DNA of 64,000 bases, taken from the NCBI GenBank assembly GCA_030390025.1, contig CM059431.1:155312001-155376000 (forward strand). Direction: 5' to 3'. This DNA is from Squalus acanthias (lineage: Eukaryota). The translations under genes and the position numbers were made by a program. The notes below the pieces were generated by a model. The model was not told the origin of the DNA. It saw only the letters and a list, made by a program, of their open reading frames with translations, and did not search any database. Positions 10,266 to 23,900 of the stretch are shown here, in pieces (position 1 is the stretch's first letter; each line of letters starts with the position of its first letter).

Positions 10266-13200
10266 TAAGACAAACATTTGACACCGTGCCACAAAGGAAA
10301 ATTAGTGCAGATGATTAAAAGCTTGCTCAAAGAGATAGGTTTTAAGGAGCGACTAAAAGGAGGAAAGAGAGGTAGCGAGGTGTAGGAGTTTAGGTAGGAA
10401 ATTGCAGAGCTTAGAGTCTTGACAACTGAAGGCCCGGCCACCAAGGGTTGAGCGATTTAATCCGGGATGCTGAAGAGGGCAAATTATATGAGCACATTTA
10501 TCTCGGGGAGGGCAGGCATGAGGCTGGAAGAGATTAGAGGTAGGGAGATGAGAGGCCATGGAGGGAATTGAAAACAAGGGTGAGAATTTTGAAATCGATG
10601 CGTTGCTTAACCGGGATCCTATGTAGGTCAGCGAGCACAGGGGTGATGGGTGAATGTGACTGGGTGCGATTTAGGACACTGGCTGTCGAGTTTTGGATGA
10701 CCTTTAATTTACGTAGTGTAGAACGTGGGTGGCCAGCCAGGAGTGTGTTGGAATATTCAAGTCTACAGTTAACAAAGGCATGGATGAGGCTTTCATAGGC
10801 AGATGTGCTGTTGCAGGGGTGGAGACAGGCGATGTTACGGAGATGTAAATAGGCGGTCTAAGTTATGCCATGGATATGTGGTGGGAAGCTCATTTCAGGG
10901 TAAAACATGACTCCTATGTTGCGAACAGTGTAGTTCTGCCTCAGACAGATGTTAGGGAGAGGAATGGATTCCGTGGCGGAGCACGAAAATAATGACTTCC
11001 CAATATTTAACTGGAGAAAATTTCTGCTCATCCACAACTGGATGTCGGACACGCAGACTGACAATTTAGAGACAGTGGAGGGGTCGACAGAAGTGGTGGT
11101 GAGGTAGAAACGGGTGACGTCAGCGTACATGTGGAAACTGACGTGGTGTTTCGTATGATATTGTCAAGGGGCAGCATGTAGATGCGAAATAGCAGGGGGC
11201 AAAGTATAGATTCCTGGGGAACACCAGATATAACCATGCTGGAGCGGGAAGAGAAGCCATTGTAGATTATTCTATGCCTACGATAGATAAGAATGGAACC
11301 AGCCGCGTGCAGTCCCACCGAGGTGGACGTTTTTGGAAAGGCGTTGGAGGAGTGTGGAGCGGTTAATTTTGTCAAAAGCTGCTGAGAAGTCGAGAAGCAC
11401 GAAGAGGGATAGGTTGTCTTTGTCACAGTCACAAAGTATGTCATTTGTGACTTTGATGACAGCCGTTTCGGTACTGTGGCAGGGGCAGATACCTGATTGG
11501 AGGAATTCAAACATGGAGTTGCAGGAAACATGGGAATGGATTTGGGAGGCGACAACATGTTCAGGGACTTTTTAGCAGAAAGGGAGTTTGTAAATGGGGC
11601 GAAAGTTTACAAGGTCGTTCGAGTCAAGAGTTGTTTGTTTGAGGAGAGGGGTGATGACGGCAGATTTGAAGGAGAGAGGAACAGTACTTGTGGAGAGAGA
11701 ACCGTTAACAATGCCAGCTAACAAAGTAGCTAGAAAAGAAAGTTGGGTGGTTAGCAGTTTGGTGGGAATAGGGTCGAGGGAGCAGGAAGTGGGTCTCATG
11801 GACAAGTTGTGCGCGGAGCGATCAGGAGCAGAGATCGGAGAGAAAATGGAGAAAGATGCAAGTTCAGGGCTAGGGCAGGGGCGAGCCTTAGTTGAAGTTT
11901 GGCCTGTGGATTAGGGGAAGGAAGAGAAGTGGCAGAGGCCGCTGATCGCATGGTCTCAATCTTAGGGACAAAGAAGATCATGAGCTCCTCGCTCTTGTTA
12001 TTGGAGGTGAGGTTAGAGGAGACAGGGGATAAGGTTTGAAGAAGCTGCTTTGCAGTGCAGAATAGAAGCCGGGGTTTAGCTTTGCATTCCTATAATGTTT
12101 GTGGAACAGTGGTCAAATTTGACAGACGAGAGGAGGTCCCGGTAATGCTTTAGGTGGTCCAGCCAGATCTGGCGGAGAAAGGCTAAACCAGTTGTCTGCT
12201 TAATCTGTTCAAGTCTGCGTCTCTTGCAGTTAAGCGAGCGAAGATGAGAGCCGTACCAATTAGAACAGCCAGGGTGAGACAGTGTGATTTTTTTAATTTG
12301 TCACTATAGCATCGAAGGTGGTGGTGAGGGTATGTTTGAGCAGATCGGTAGCTGCGGAAATGTTGTGGTGAATGGAGGGCGAAAGGCTGACCAGTTGGGA
12401 TTTCGTAGGTGCAGTTGTAAGAGAATTGGGAGAGAGTTTACTTTCCAGGGGAGGAAAAAAAATGAAGTATGGTTGGGGGAGAAGGGGGATGTGGGTGGAG
12501 AGTGATAGAAGGAAATGGTCAGTGATGGCTTTTTATGCGATTGACACGAGGAGAGTAGCGAGGCCACGAGAGATGGCAAGGTCGAGGGGGTGACCGTGAA
12601 TATGGGTTGGGGCGTTTATGTGGAGGGAGAGATTAAGGGAGTTCGCAGGTCAGTGAACTCAGTGGAGAGAGATCATGATGAAATGAGACGAATGTTGATA
12701 TCACCAAGGCTGAGAAGTCGCGTGTTGCAGATGCTGAGGGAGGAGAGCAGTGAAGCTATTTCGGCGATAAAATTATAATGGTACTTGGGTGGGCGATAGA
12801 GAACGAGAATTTTAAATGAGGTGAGAATTTTGAAATATGGTGAGATGCTCAAAGGATGACATCGTGGCGGATGAGTACGGGACATCAAAAGGTGTGATTT
12901 GGTGATGAGAGCCACGCTGTCGCCATGGCTGTCTGGGCTGGGCAAGTGGTGGAATATATAGCCAGGCGGGGAGGCTTAATTTAAGGGTAAGGTTTCATCA
13001 ACCCTCAGCCAAGATTCCGTCAGGGCCATGATGTCGATGAAATCATTCATGATAAGTTCATGGATGGTTGGATCTAGTTCGCAAGAGAATGAACGTTCTG
13101 GAGAGAGATGTGGAGAGGTTCAATGAAGTCTAACCCACTGCCAGTGTCCACAGGGTCAGCGCTGGGAGGGGTGAGTTGGACGGAAAGGAGAATGACAAGA

Positions 13201-13590
13201 TTAGCCCCCAGCGTACGTACCGGGCGGGAAGGTCGGCGAAAGAGTAGGCTAATACAGTTGGGGTTGCTGCTCGTGAGGAGGCCGCAACGAGTGCCAAGGA
13301 AGGCCTTTCGGAGGATGCCAAGAGAGGCACAGAGGTAAGCTGTAGACTTATTTAAGAGGGATTCAAGCCTGGGAAGTCAGCAGGAGAGTACGAATGTCGA
13401 AGAGTAATGAAGGGTAGGTGTAGGGATTTGGAAGGGCAGTGTTTACGAGAGAGGATAGATGAAAGGAGGCATAATGAAGCAGAGAGCAATCAGAGAATGA
13501 TAGAGTGAAAAGGAAAAGGGGAGAAAAAAGTGGAAATAGAAGTGAACGGCTCGGGTCTGCAGCGCCAGCCAACATGTTCATGCAAGATCA
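10266..13590 (-). mobile_element. Degenerate near full-length L2 LINE (APE endonuclease + RT)
   Basis: Fragments KILVLYRPP...LGDIN (APE), QSG..CHSTETA..VTNDIL...LLDFSAAFD, GVPQES, MYADV (RT); many frameshifts and stops. Confidence 0.9.
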
Positions 13591-13834
13591 GCGTGCCTCA
13601 CTGGTTTTCACTTGGCAGCTGTCTGTGTCACACCTGATGTGAAGTGTTGGTCGTAACACTCGGGAAATGCTCGATCCCGGAGATAACAGCTGCTGTACTG
13701 ATGGGGGAGAAGGGACTTGATATCATGTTTAAAAAGGCAGCGTTCTCCTTCTCATTTTAATATTTCCGTCTAACACACCTCTTAATATTATATTTATTAC
13801 AGAGCATCAGAAACTGGGAATGCCTGTTCCCACC

Positions 13835-13898
13835 ATGGCTGAAGGTCCAAACAGGGGAGAAGATCCAGCATCATCCAAAAGACTAAGTGTGGACACAG
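13835..13898 (+). CDS. Putative first coding exon, copy 2 (MAEGPNRGEDPASSKRLSVDT+G); exon 13803-13898; recalled as resembling the N-terminus of shark NACHT-LRR (NLR)-like proteins
   Basis: Acceptor tttattacag, perfect Kozak ccaccATGg, perfect donor cag|gtaagt, 64 nt coding. The NLR resemblance is from memory, not a search. Confidence 0.7.
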
Positions 13899-15289
13899 GT
13901 AAGTTCAGAAAATACACTAAAATATAATTTCTGTCCTGACAGAGGGTCCAGATCTCGTGCAAGCACATGCAGCTCACACAGGAAGAGGGAACAGGACAGA
14001 GGCTGAGTAGAAAGAGCGAAGTGAGTGACCATCTAGAGGGTCACCGCAGTCACAGGTGAATGGAGCCCCCGAGTACTGGATCAGTCCAATAGGCACCCGG
14101 TGTTGGGGACTGTAAGATGGTTAGAGACAGTGACTCAGAGGAGGATCTTCCTGAGCCACAGTGTGGTAGCAGGGAGCAGGAGGCCACCCCGAGTGGGGTG
14201 AGAGGCAGGTGGTGAATAGGAAAAAGTGATGAGTAGTGGTAGGAATTGTTATATTCAGGGGAATATACAGACTCGTCTGCAGCCCTGAGCTGGTGCAAAA
14301 TGATAAGTTGCCTCCCTGGTGCCAGAGGGTAGAACATCCTGGAACAGGTGGGAAGGTCTCTGGGAAGGATAGGAGAGGAAAAATTACCAATGGTCGGAAT
14401 CAGTAACACGGATAGAAATACGTTTAAAAAGAGATTATTGAGACTGAGGCACTAGACTAAAGATAGGGTTTCAAGGTGGTGATCTCTAGATTGTTTAGCA
14501 CTGAACTGCTTAATGAGGGAAATATGTGGCAGGTCAAAGTCGGGCTGGTTGGCTGGAGGACGAGGGAAGTGTTCACGCTGTTGGCGCACTAGAGTGAGTT
14601 ATGGGAGAATGGAAAGTTGGCCGCGATGTGAACCCAACACCAACAATGGTTTTACAGAATAGGTGAGTGGAGCAGTGGGAAGGTTATCAACTGATATGTC
14701 TGTAGGGTGGGAATTATCCGCATCTGAAACTAGAGAGCGGAATTAATAAAACTGTTGGAGCTGAAACATATTATTTATGTAATAGTGAAAAATTATTAGC
14801 AAGATAAAGGAAGGTTGTTTTCGAGTAGTGAGAGATGAAGTGATTGGTGTTAAAAAAAATAAAAATAAAATAGGATCAATATTCCAATGAATTGGATTTA
14901 CGATTGACTGTTGTGCCTGTAAATTTACAAATAATTCCAAAGGCATTTTGAAAGTCACAGGTATGAGAGATGTCATTTAGTATCTATATGACAGGGCCTG
15001 GGATTTCACTGGACTAAGTGAAATGTTCCTGGTCATAACAGTTTGAGGAGAGAGAAAAATAAGTGTGGATGCCAGAATTAATAAAGGGTTCCACGACAAC
15101 GCTAGGAGAGCAAGAATACACTTGCATTTCTACAGCATCTTTAACGTAGTAAAACGTCCTAAGGCGCATCCCGGGAGCGTTATCAAACACAATGTGACAC
15201 CGAGCCACATTCGGACAGGTGACCAATATCTTCTTCAAATAGGTAGGTTTAAAGGAGCGCCTCAAAGGAGGAAATAAATGTTTTGAACA

Positions 15290-16860
15290 CAAGGATGTTC
15301 CTGTGAGCTATTTTAAGTTAGAACCCGCGCATTTTAAAAGAAAATAGGGAGGAAGCACTATTACACATATTGAATAATTCGTTCGAAAAAGGTGTCCTGC
15401 CAAAGGACTCGCGGATGGCTAAAATTCTATGTATATTTAAGAAGGGAGATAGAACATATCTAGGAAACTGTAAAACAGTCAGCTTAACATCAGTAGTAGG
15501 AAAAAATTGCAATCCGTACTAAAAGAGGAAATAGAAAAACATATAGAAACCATAAATACAATAATGAATAGTCAACATGGATTTCAAACGGGAAAGTCGT
15601 GCTTTACCAGCTTCATTGAATTCTTTGAAGAGGAAACAGAGAGAGTACACAGCGGTAATGTAGTAGATGTAATATATCTATATTTTTAAAATGCCTTTGA
15701 TAAGGTACCACATAATAAACTTATGGATACGGTGAGAGCATGAAGAGTCGGGGGACAAGTAGCAGAATGGATAGCGAAATGGTTGCAAGACAGAAATCAG
15801 AGAGTAGTGGTAAAGGGTAGCTATTCATAGTGGCAGATGGTGGATAGTGGTTGACCACAAGGATCAGTGCTGAGACCACTGTTGTTCACAATTTATATTA
15901 AAGATTTAGACTTTGGAATCAAAAACACGATTTCTAAGTTTGTGGACAGCACCAAATTGGGGAGTTTAGTCAAAACAGAGGAGGATTGCAACAAATTACA
16001 GGAAGACATTAATAATCTTGCAGAATGGGCATTTCATTGGCAAATGATTTCCAACATAGATAAGTGTGATGTATTACATTTTGGTAAGAAAAGTAAGGAG
16101 GTTACATATTACTCAGAAAATAAGAATCTATATGCGGTAGAGGAGCAAAGGAAACTCGGAGTACTAATAAACAAATCATTAACAGTTATGACGCTGGTCA
16201 ATAATGCCATAACAAAAGCAAGCCAAGCACTAGGGTTTATTTGTAGGGGGATAGATTTGAAATGCAGAGATGTTATGCTAAACTTGCATCAAATCTTGGT
16301 TACACCACACTTGGAGTACTGTGTATAGTTCTGATTGCCATTTTATAGAAAAAGCATATAGATGCACTGGAGTAGGTTAAAAAAGGTTTTACAAGAATTA
16401 TACCAAAACTGCGAGGTTATACCTGTCCGGAAAGTTTGACCAGGCTGGGTGTCTTTTCTCCTGAAAAGATAGCGTTGTGGGCTGGCCTTATAGAAGTCGT
16501 TAAATTATGAAAGTTTTTGATACAGTAGACAGAGTGTTTCCACTTTTAGGGAAAAGCAAAACTAGAGACCATCAATATAGGATAGTCCCCAAGACATCAA
16601 ATAGTGACTTCAGAAGAAACATCTTTATCCAGAGAGTGGTGAGAATGTGGAACTCGCTACAACAGGGAGTGGTTGAAGATAATAGTATAGATGCATTTAA
16701 GGGGAGGCTTGATAACCATTTGTGGGAGAAGGGAATAGAGGGTTATGCTGATAGATATATGAGAAAGGATGGGAGGAGGCTCGAGTGAAAAACACATCGA
16801 CTGGTTGGGCCAAATGGCCTGTTTCTCTGCTGTATATTTGTAATTCTATGTAATCCATAT
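15290..16860 (+). mobile_element. Degenerate CR1 LINE RT + 3' end (U2)
   Basis: SQHGFQTGKSC, PLLFTIYI.DL, ISKFVDSTKLG, PHLEYCV, QRVVRMWNSL; interrupted by stops. Confidence 0.9.
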
Positions 16861-18134
16861 AAACATAGTTAAGCAATAGGAAGGGAAATAGCAATGTTAA
16901 CCCAATTATTTTTTTTTGGATGCGGCTCCCTTTTACGAGCTGCGGGGCTGATTCACATTTTCGCGCTGGTGCCAAATCTACCATAGAAAAGCCAGTAAGC
17001 TGCCTGTGCTGGATCTCCAGATAGCTGCGCTGTCATGCAGCTTAGCGGGAACGTTGCAGTGCAGGTGAGATAGAGCGGGAGCTGCGGGAAACTCGTGGAG
17101 GGTGAACGTTTGGGCAGATACAACAATATTTCCTTTGATGGTACAAGTGAAAATGTTGATGTACAAGAGGAGAATGTGGATCCATTTTTAGAGATCTGTG
17201 TCGAGAAGGTTTTGGATTTGAGAAGAAAGCTGAGGTGGATAAGTCACTGAATCCAGAGATAATGCACACCAGGCTATTAAAGGAAATCAGAGGGGAGATA
17301 AAAGGCACTCTGATCACAATTGTTCAATCCTCATATAATATCCCGAAATGTACAGGTGGACTGAAAGAGCCCCAAAAATGTCTCTGTTAAAATGGGGAGA
17401 GAAAATCAGCGGGTAACTGCAGACCCATCAGTCTGTTATTTGTGAGCAAGCTGATCCAATCCGTAATTCCAGGATGAATTAATAAACATTTAGAGATAAA
17501 GGGGATGCTGGAGCAGTTTAGCTGTAGACAAGTTTTAATGACGAATTTGATGCAGCTTTTCTGAGACAGGTCTGTATAGATCTGATATAGAATGCAACCA
17601 TCGCCCGTGTGCTTTCTGAACTACATTGGCTCACGATCCGGCAAAACCTCGATTTAATAATTCTCATCCTTGTTTTCAAATCCCTTCATGGCCTCGCCAC
17701 TCAGTATCTCTGTCACCTCCTGCAAAACTAAGCCCTCGAGATCTCCGCAATCGTCTAATTCTGGCCTCTCCCCCCACCCCACCCCCCACCCCGCCCCAAT
17801 TTAATCAATCTACCATTGGTGGCCAAGCCTTCTACTGCCCTAAAGCCTGAAATTCCCTCTCTCTCATATAAGACGCTCCTTAAAAGCTATCTTTTTGTCC
17901 AAGCTTTTGGTTACCTGTCCCAACAGTTGGATCTGTGTCCCATATTGTTTGATAACGCTCCGGCGAAGTTCCTTGGAACATCTTATTACGTTAAAAAAGC
18001 TTTATAAGTGAAAGCTTTTGTTGTGGAGACTGTAATCTTGCCTCATCAACCCGATAAGTCGGGTATTTGGCTATTCTTTCCAGCCAGGATTTTGGCTGTA
18101 CGCCATCTCATTCGGAATCAGTACCTGGATCCTT

Positions 18135-21100
18135 CTCGGTGTCGGTGTTCGGCTGCGTCAGTGGGGTGTCGTTGTTGGGCTGTGTGAGTGGGGTGTCGGT
18201 GTTGGGCTGGGTCAGTGGGGTTCGGTGTAGAACTGGGTCAGTGAGGGTGTCAGTTTAGGTCTGTGTCAGTGGGCTTTCGTTGTATGGCTGGGTCAGTGGG
18301 GTGTCGGTGTAAGGCTATGTCTATGGGGTGTTGGTGTTGCGCTGATTCAGTGAGGTGCCGCTGTTGGTTCAGTTGGGTGCAGGTGTAGGACTGGTTCAGT
18401 GTGGTGTCGGTGTTGGGCTGTGTCAGTGGGGTGTCGGTGTTGGGCTGTGTCAGTGTGGTATCGGTGTTGGGCTGTGTCAGTGGGGTGTCGCTGTTGGGCT
18501 GTGTCAGTGGGGTGTCGGTGGTGGCCTGTGTCAGTGGGGTTTCGGTGTTGGGCTGTGTCAGTGGGGTGTCGGTTGTGGCCTGTGTCAGTGTGGTGTCGGT
18601 GTTGGGCTGTGTCAGTGGGGTGTCGGTGTTGGGCTGTGTAAGTGTGGTGTCGGTGTTGGGCTGTGTCAGTGGGGGGTCGGTGTTGGACTGTGTCAGTGGT
18701 GTGTCGGTGTTGGGCTGTGTCAGTGGGGTGTCGGTGGTGGTTTGTGTCAGTGGGGTTTCGGTGTTTTCTCAGTGAGGTGGTCGGTCTTGGGCTGGGTCAG
18801 TGGTGGTTCGGTCTTGGGCTGGGTCAGTGGGGTATCTGTGTAGTTCTGTCTCAGGCCTGTGTCGGCCTTGAGCGGTGTCAGTGGCATGTCGGGGCTGTGT
18901 AAGTGAGGGTGTCGGGACTGGGTCAGTGAGGGTGTCGAAGCTGGGTCACTGAGGGTGTCGGGACTGGGTCAGTGAGGGTGTCGGGACTGGGTCAGTGAGT
19001 GTGTCGGGAGTGGGTCAGTGAGGGTTGCGTCGCTGCGTCAGTTGGGTGCCGGAGTTGTTCTGGGTCATTTAGCGTGTTGGTGTTGGGTTGGGTAAGTGGG
19101 GTGTCGGTGCTGGGCTGTGTGAGTGTGGTTTCGGTGTTATCTCAGTGAGGTGGACAGTCTTTGGCTGGGTCAGTGATGTTTCGGTCTTGGGCTTGGTCAG
19201 TGGGGTTTGGGTCTTGGGCTGGGTCATTGGGGTGTCGGTGTTGGACTGTCTCAGGCGTGTGTCGGCGTTGGGCTGTGTCAGTGCCGTGTCGGGGCTGTGT
19301 AAGTGAGGGTGTCGGGTATGGGTCAGTAAGGGTATCGGGACTGGGTCAGTGAGCGTGTCGGGGCTGGATCGGTGAGGGTGTCGAGACTGGGTCAGTGAGG
19401 GTGTCGGGGCTGGGTCTGTGTCTTGTCAGTGTGGGGCTGGGTAAGTGTGGTTGTCGGGGGTGTTGGGCCAGTGGAGTGCGGGTCGAGGCTGTGTCAATGA
19501 GGGTTTAAGAGCTGGGTCAGTGAGTGTGTCGGTAGTGGGTCACTGAGTGTTGCGTCGCTGCCTCAGTTGGGCGTCGGGGTTGGTCTGGGTCATTGAGCGT
19601 GTAGGTGTTGGGCTGGGTCAGTGGGGTGTCGGTTTTGGGCTGGGTCAGTGAGTGTGTCGGGCTGGGTCAGTGAGGATTTCGGGGCTGGGTCAGTGAGTAT
19701 GTCGGGGCTGGGTCAGTGTGATTGTCGAGGCTGGGTCAGTGAAGGTCTTGGTGCAGGGACGGGTCATTGGGGTGTCCGTGCAGGGCTGGGCCAGTGGGCT
19801 TTCATTTTTGGTCTGTGTCAGTGGGGTTTCTGTGTTGGACTGGATCAGGGGTTTTTCGGTGTAGGATTGGAACATTGGAGTGTCGTGTTATGCTGGGTCA
19901 GTGGGGTATAGATTTTGGGCTGGGACATTGGGGTGTCGGTGTTGGGTCACTGCGGCTGTCGGTGTAGGGCTGAGTCAATGGCATGTCGTTGTAGGGCTGG
20001 GTCAGTGAGGGTGTCGGTGTTGGGCTGTGTCAGTGGGGTTTCGATGTTGGGTTGGGTCAGTGGGGTGTCGGTGTTGTTTTGGATCATTGGGGGTCTGTTT
20101 AGGGCTGGGTCAGTGGGGTGTCGGTTTAGGCTAGGTCAGTGAGCGTGTCCGTGTTGTGCTGGGTCAGTGGGGTGTCGGTGTTGTGCTGGCTCAGTGGGGT
20201 GTCGGTGTTGGGCTGTGTCAGTCAGGGTGTCGGTGACGAGTTAGCCAGATTATCGAGGCTGGGTCAGTGAGGGAGTCGGGTCATGGACAGTGAGGGTGTC
20301 GGTTTAGGGCCGGGTCAGTGACGGTGTAGATGTTCTGCTGGGACAGTGGGGTGTCGGTTCTGGCCTGGGTCAGTGGGTTGTCGGTGTTGGGCTGGGACAG
20401 TAGGTTGTCTTTGTTGTGCTGAGTCAGTGAGGTGTAGGTTCTGGTCTGGGTCAGTGGGGTGTCGGTGTTGGATCACTGTGTCTGTCGGTGTTGTGCTGGG
20501 TCAGTGTGGTGTCGGTGTAGGTCTGGGTCAGTGAGGGTGTCAGTGCTGGTTCAGTGAGGGTGTCGGTGTTGGGCTGGGTCAGTGAGGGTGTTGGTTTCGG
20601 TCAGTGAGGGTGTCAGTGCTGGTTCAGTGAGGGTGTCGGTGTTGTCTGGGTCAGTGAGGCTGTCAGTGCTGGTTCAGTGAGGTTGACGGTATTGGGCTGG
20701 GTCAGTGTGTTGTCGGTATTGTCTGGGTCAGTGAGGGTGTCGGTATTGGGCTGGGTCACTGTGGTGTCGGTATTGTCTGGGTCAGTGAGGGTGTCAGTGC
20801 TGGTTCAGTGAGGGTGTCGGTATTGGGCTGGGTCAGTGAGGGTGTCGGTGTTGGGCTGGGTCAGTGAGGCTGTCAGTGCTGGTTCAGTGAGGGTGTCGGT
20901 GTTGGGTTCGGTCAGTGTGGTGTCGGTGTTGGGCTGGGTCAGTGACGGTGTCGGTGTTGGATTCGGTCAGTGAAGGTGTCGGTGCTGTTACAGTGAGGGT
21001 GTTGGCGTTGGGCTGGGTCAGTGTGGGTGTCGGCGTTGTGTCAGTGGGGTGTCGGTGTTGGATTCGGTCAGTGGAGCTTAGGTGTTGGGCTGGGTCAATG

Positions 21101-22500
21101 CGGTTCCACTGTAGGGTTGGATCAGTGGTGTGTCGGATTTGTTTGTGTCATGGGGGTCTGTTGAGGGCTTGGTCCGTGGAGTGTCGCTGTAGGGCTGGGT
21201 AAGTGGGGTGTCGTTGTAGGGCTGGGTCAGTGATGTGTCCGTGTAGGGCTGGATCAGTGTGGTGTCGGTGTAGGGCTGGGTCAGTGGGGTGTCGGTGTAG
21301 GGGTGGATCAGTGGGGTGTCGGTGTAGGGCTGGGTCAGTGGGGTGTCGGTGTAGGGTTGGGTCAGTGGGGTGGCGGTGTAGGGCTGGGTCAGTAGGGTGT
21401 CGGTGTAGGGCTGGGTCAGTGGGGTGTCGGTGTAGGGCTGGATCAGTGGGGTGTCGGTGTAGGGCTGGGTCAGTGGGGTGTCGGTGTAGGGGTGGGTCAG
21501 TGGGGTGTCGGTGTAGGGCTGGGTCAGTCGGGTGTCGGTGTAGGGCTGGGTCAGTGGGGTGTCGGTGTAGGGCTGGGTCAGTTTATGTCGCTGTTGTGCT
21601 GGGTCATTGCGGAATCGGTGTTGGGCTGTGTTAGTGGGGTGTCGGTGTGGGTCTGGGTCAGTGGGGTTTTGGTGTGCGGCTGGTGCAGTGTGGTGTCGGT
21701 GTAGGGCTGTGTCACTGAGGGTGTCGATGTTGGGCTGGATCCGTGAGAGTGTCGTTGTTGAGTCAGTGAGATGGTCGAGGCTAGGTCAGTGAGGTTATCG
21801 GGGCATGGTCAGTGAGTGTGTCGGTTTCGGGCCGGGTCAGTGGGGTGTCCCTGTAGGGCTGTGTCAGTGGGGTGTCGGTGTTGTGCTGGGTCAGTGGGGT
21901 ATAGGATTTGGCCTGGGTCAGTGGAGTGTCGGTGTAGGATCACTGTTTCTATCGGTGTTGGACAGGGTCAATAAGGGTGTCGGGGTTTGGCAGGGTCAGT
22001 AGAGAGCCGAAGTTTGGCTGGGTTATTGGGGTGTCGGTGTTGTGTCAGTAGGATGTCGGTGTATGGCTGGGTCAGTGAGGGTGTCGGGGTTTGGCTGGTT
22101 CAGTAGAGTACCGAGGTTGGGCTGGGTTATTGGGGTGTCGGTGTTGTGTCAGTCGGGTGTCGGTGTAGGGCTGGGTCAGTGGGGTGTCGGTGTTGGTCTG
22201 GGTCAGTGGGGTTTCGGTGTTGGGTCAGTGAGGGTGTCGGTGTTGAGCTGGGTCGGTGAGGGTTTCGATGTTAGGCCACTGAGTGTGTCGGTGCTGGGTC
22301 ATTGAGGTGTCAGTTTGGGCCTGGGTCAGTGGGGGTTTGGGGGCGGGGCTTGGTCAGTTGCGTGTGGGGCGGGGCTGGGTCAATGTGAGTTTCGTGTCTG
22401 GGTCAGTGAGGTGTCAGGGCTGGGTCAGAAAGGGTTTCGTGGCTGTGTCGGTGAAGATGTCGGTGCTGGGCCAGAGATAGTGTCGGGCTGTGTCAGTCAC
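18135..22500 (+). repeat. G-rich minisatellite (longest copy, ~4.4 kb) with homogeneous 27-mer runs at ~18390-18760 and ~21250-21580
   Basis: gggctgtgtcagtggggtgtcggtgtt and gggctgggtcagtggggtgtcggtgta tandem runs. Confidence 0.95.
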
Positions 22501-22659
22501 TCAGCCAGAGCACGTGGAATGTTTTGTGAAAGTGAAATGAGTTTGGCAGTCCCTGTAACATTAAACCACAAATGAGACATGTGTATTGCAGAGGACAGAG
22601 TTTAATCAAAGAGATGTGCCCAGTTTAACACCTGGATGAAGAGGTTAGACATGTTTAGC

Positions 22660-23900
22660 TCCATCTCCAGCCTCTGCCCCATCAATGTTTTGTCGCCTCC
22701 CGAATCTCTCACCATCTTTCTCACAACTCCAAGTTTGAATTTCTCCAATCATGTTTCCACTCCTGCCACATGCTGAAATGACAATACTCAAAGTCACAAA
22801 TGAAATGTTCTATGACTGTGACAGTGGTAAATTATTCCATCTAATTTTTTTTGATATCTGCAGAATTTGACGCGGTCAAGCACAACATCCTCCAACGCCT
22901 CTCCTCCGTTCTCCAGCTCAGTGCGACTGCCCTCGCTTGATTCCCCTTTTATTAATTCAGACGTACCCAGGGAAATGTCATCAACAGCTTATTTCCTGCT
23001 CCGGCACTGTTAACGCAAGAGTCCCCCATAGATCCCCCCTCGCCCTCGCCAATTTTCATCTACGTGCTGCCACTTGGATACATTATTCAAAGGCAAGTGT
23101 TCAGCTTTCACATGTACGCATGGGCTTCAACCCCCGCCGCAAATTGTGTTCCCTTGTCAGGGTTCCATCCTCGTCCCAGCCAATGTCTCGGATTCAACCA
23201 GACTGTTTACAACATTAGCGTTCTATATGACGCCAAGCTGTGCTTCTGACTCGATATTCTCTCCAGCACAAAGACAGCCGGCTTCCACCTCTGTAACATC
23301 ACCCATCTTTATCCCTGCATCAGTACTTCTGTTGATGAAACCCTCATTCATCATTTTATCTTCTGTGGACTCGATTTTTCCACTGCTCTCCGGTTTGGCT
23401 TTGCTCCTTTCACTCACCTTATCCTGGGTGGATACAAAATGCTGCTCATCGATCACCCCTGTCATTGCGAACTTACATTGGCTCCCGGTCCCCCAGCACC
23501 TCCAAATTAAAACTCCCATCGTCATTTAAATCCCTTCATGGTCTTGTACCTTCCTGTTTCTGTGTCCTCCTCGAGCCCTACAAGCCCCCACCACAGATCT
23601 CTCTGTTCCTCCGGCTCTAGGCTCGAGTGCTTTTCACCCTCCCATCAGCCCATCTATGGCGGCTGTGCCTTCGGCTGTCCCTGTTTTCTGAACTGCAATT
23701 CCCCACCTAAACATCTCCAGCTCCATCCCCTGCTTTTAAGAGGCTCCTAAAACCGACTTCTTCGATCAATATTTAGGTTCACTCCTCCTTCTGCCTCCTT
23801 TAATCAGCGCCCATATTTTGTCTGATTCGGCTTCTGTGACACACCTTTGGATTTTTTTCGCTGTTTAAATCGCTGAAGAAATGCAAGTTGGTGTTGTGAC
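22660..23900 (+). mobile_element. Older plus-strand L2 RT/3' fragment (also ~8330-8600, and 37215-37565 + 39130-40150)
   Basis: CDRGKLSLLILLDL, ITPV.ANLHWLPV motifs and L2 tail. Confidence 0.75.

Noticed and set aside
10020..10450. Long inverted repeat as a DNA transposon or structured RNA (also ~24780-25650)
   Set aside because: Explained by two L2 3' ends nested tail-to-tail.
18355..18902. Gly/Cys/Val-rich repeat ORFs (GVGVGLCQW, CRCWAVSVG; also 5646-6380, 21203-21634, 49221-49571) resembling keratin-associated or structural proteins
   Set aside because: They are translations of a 27- or 21-bp minisatellite open in several frames at once; adjacent 23-mer tracts break frame; no gene structure.
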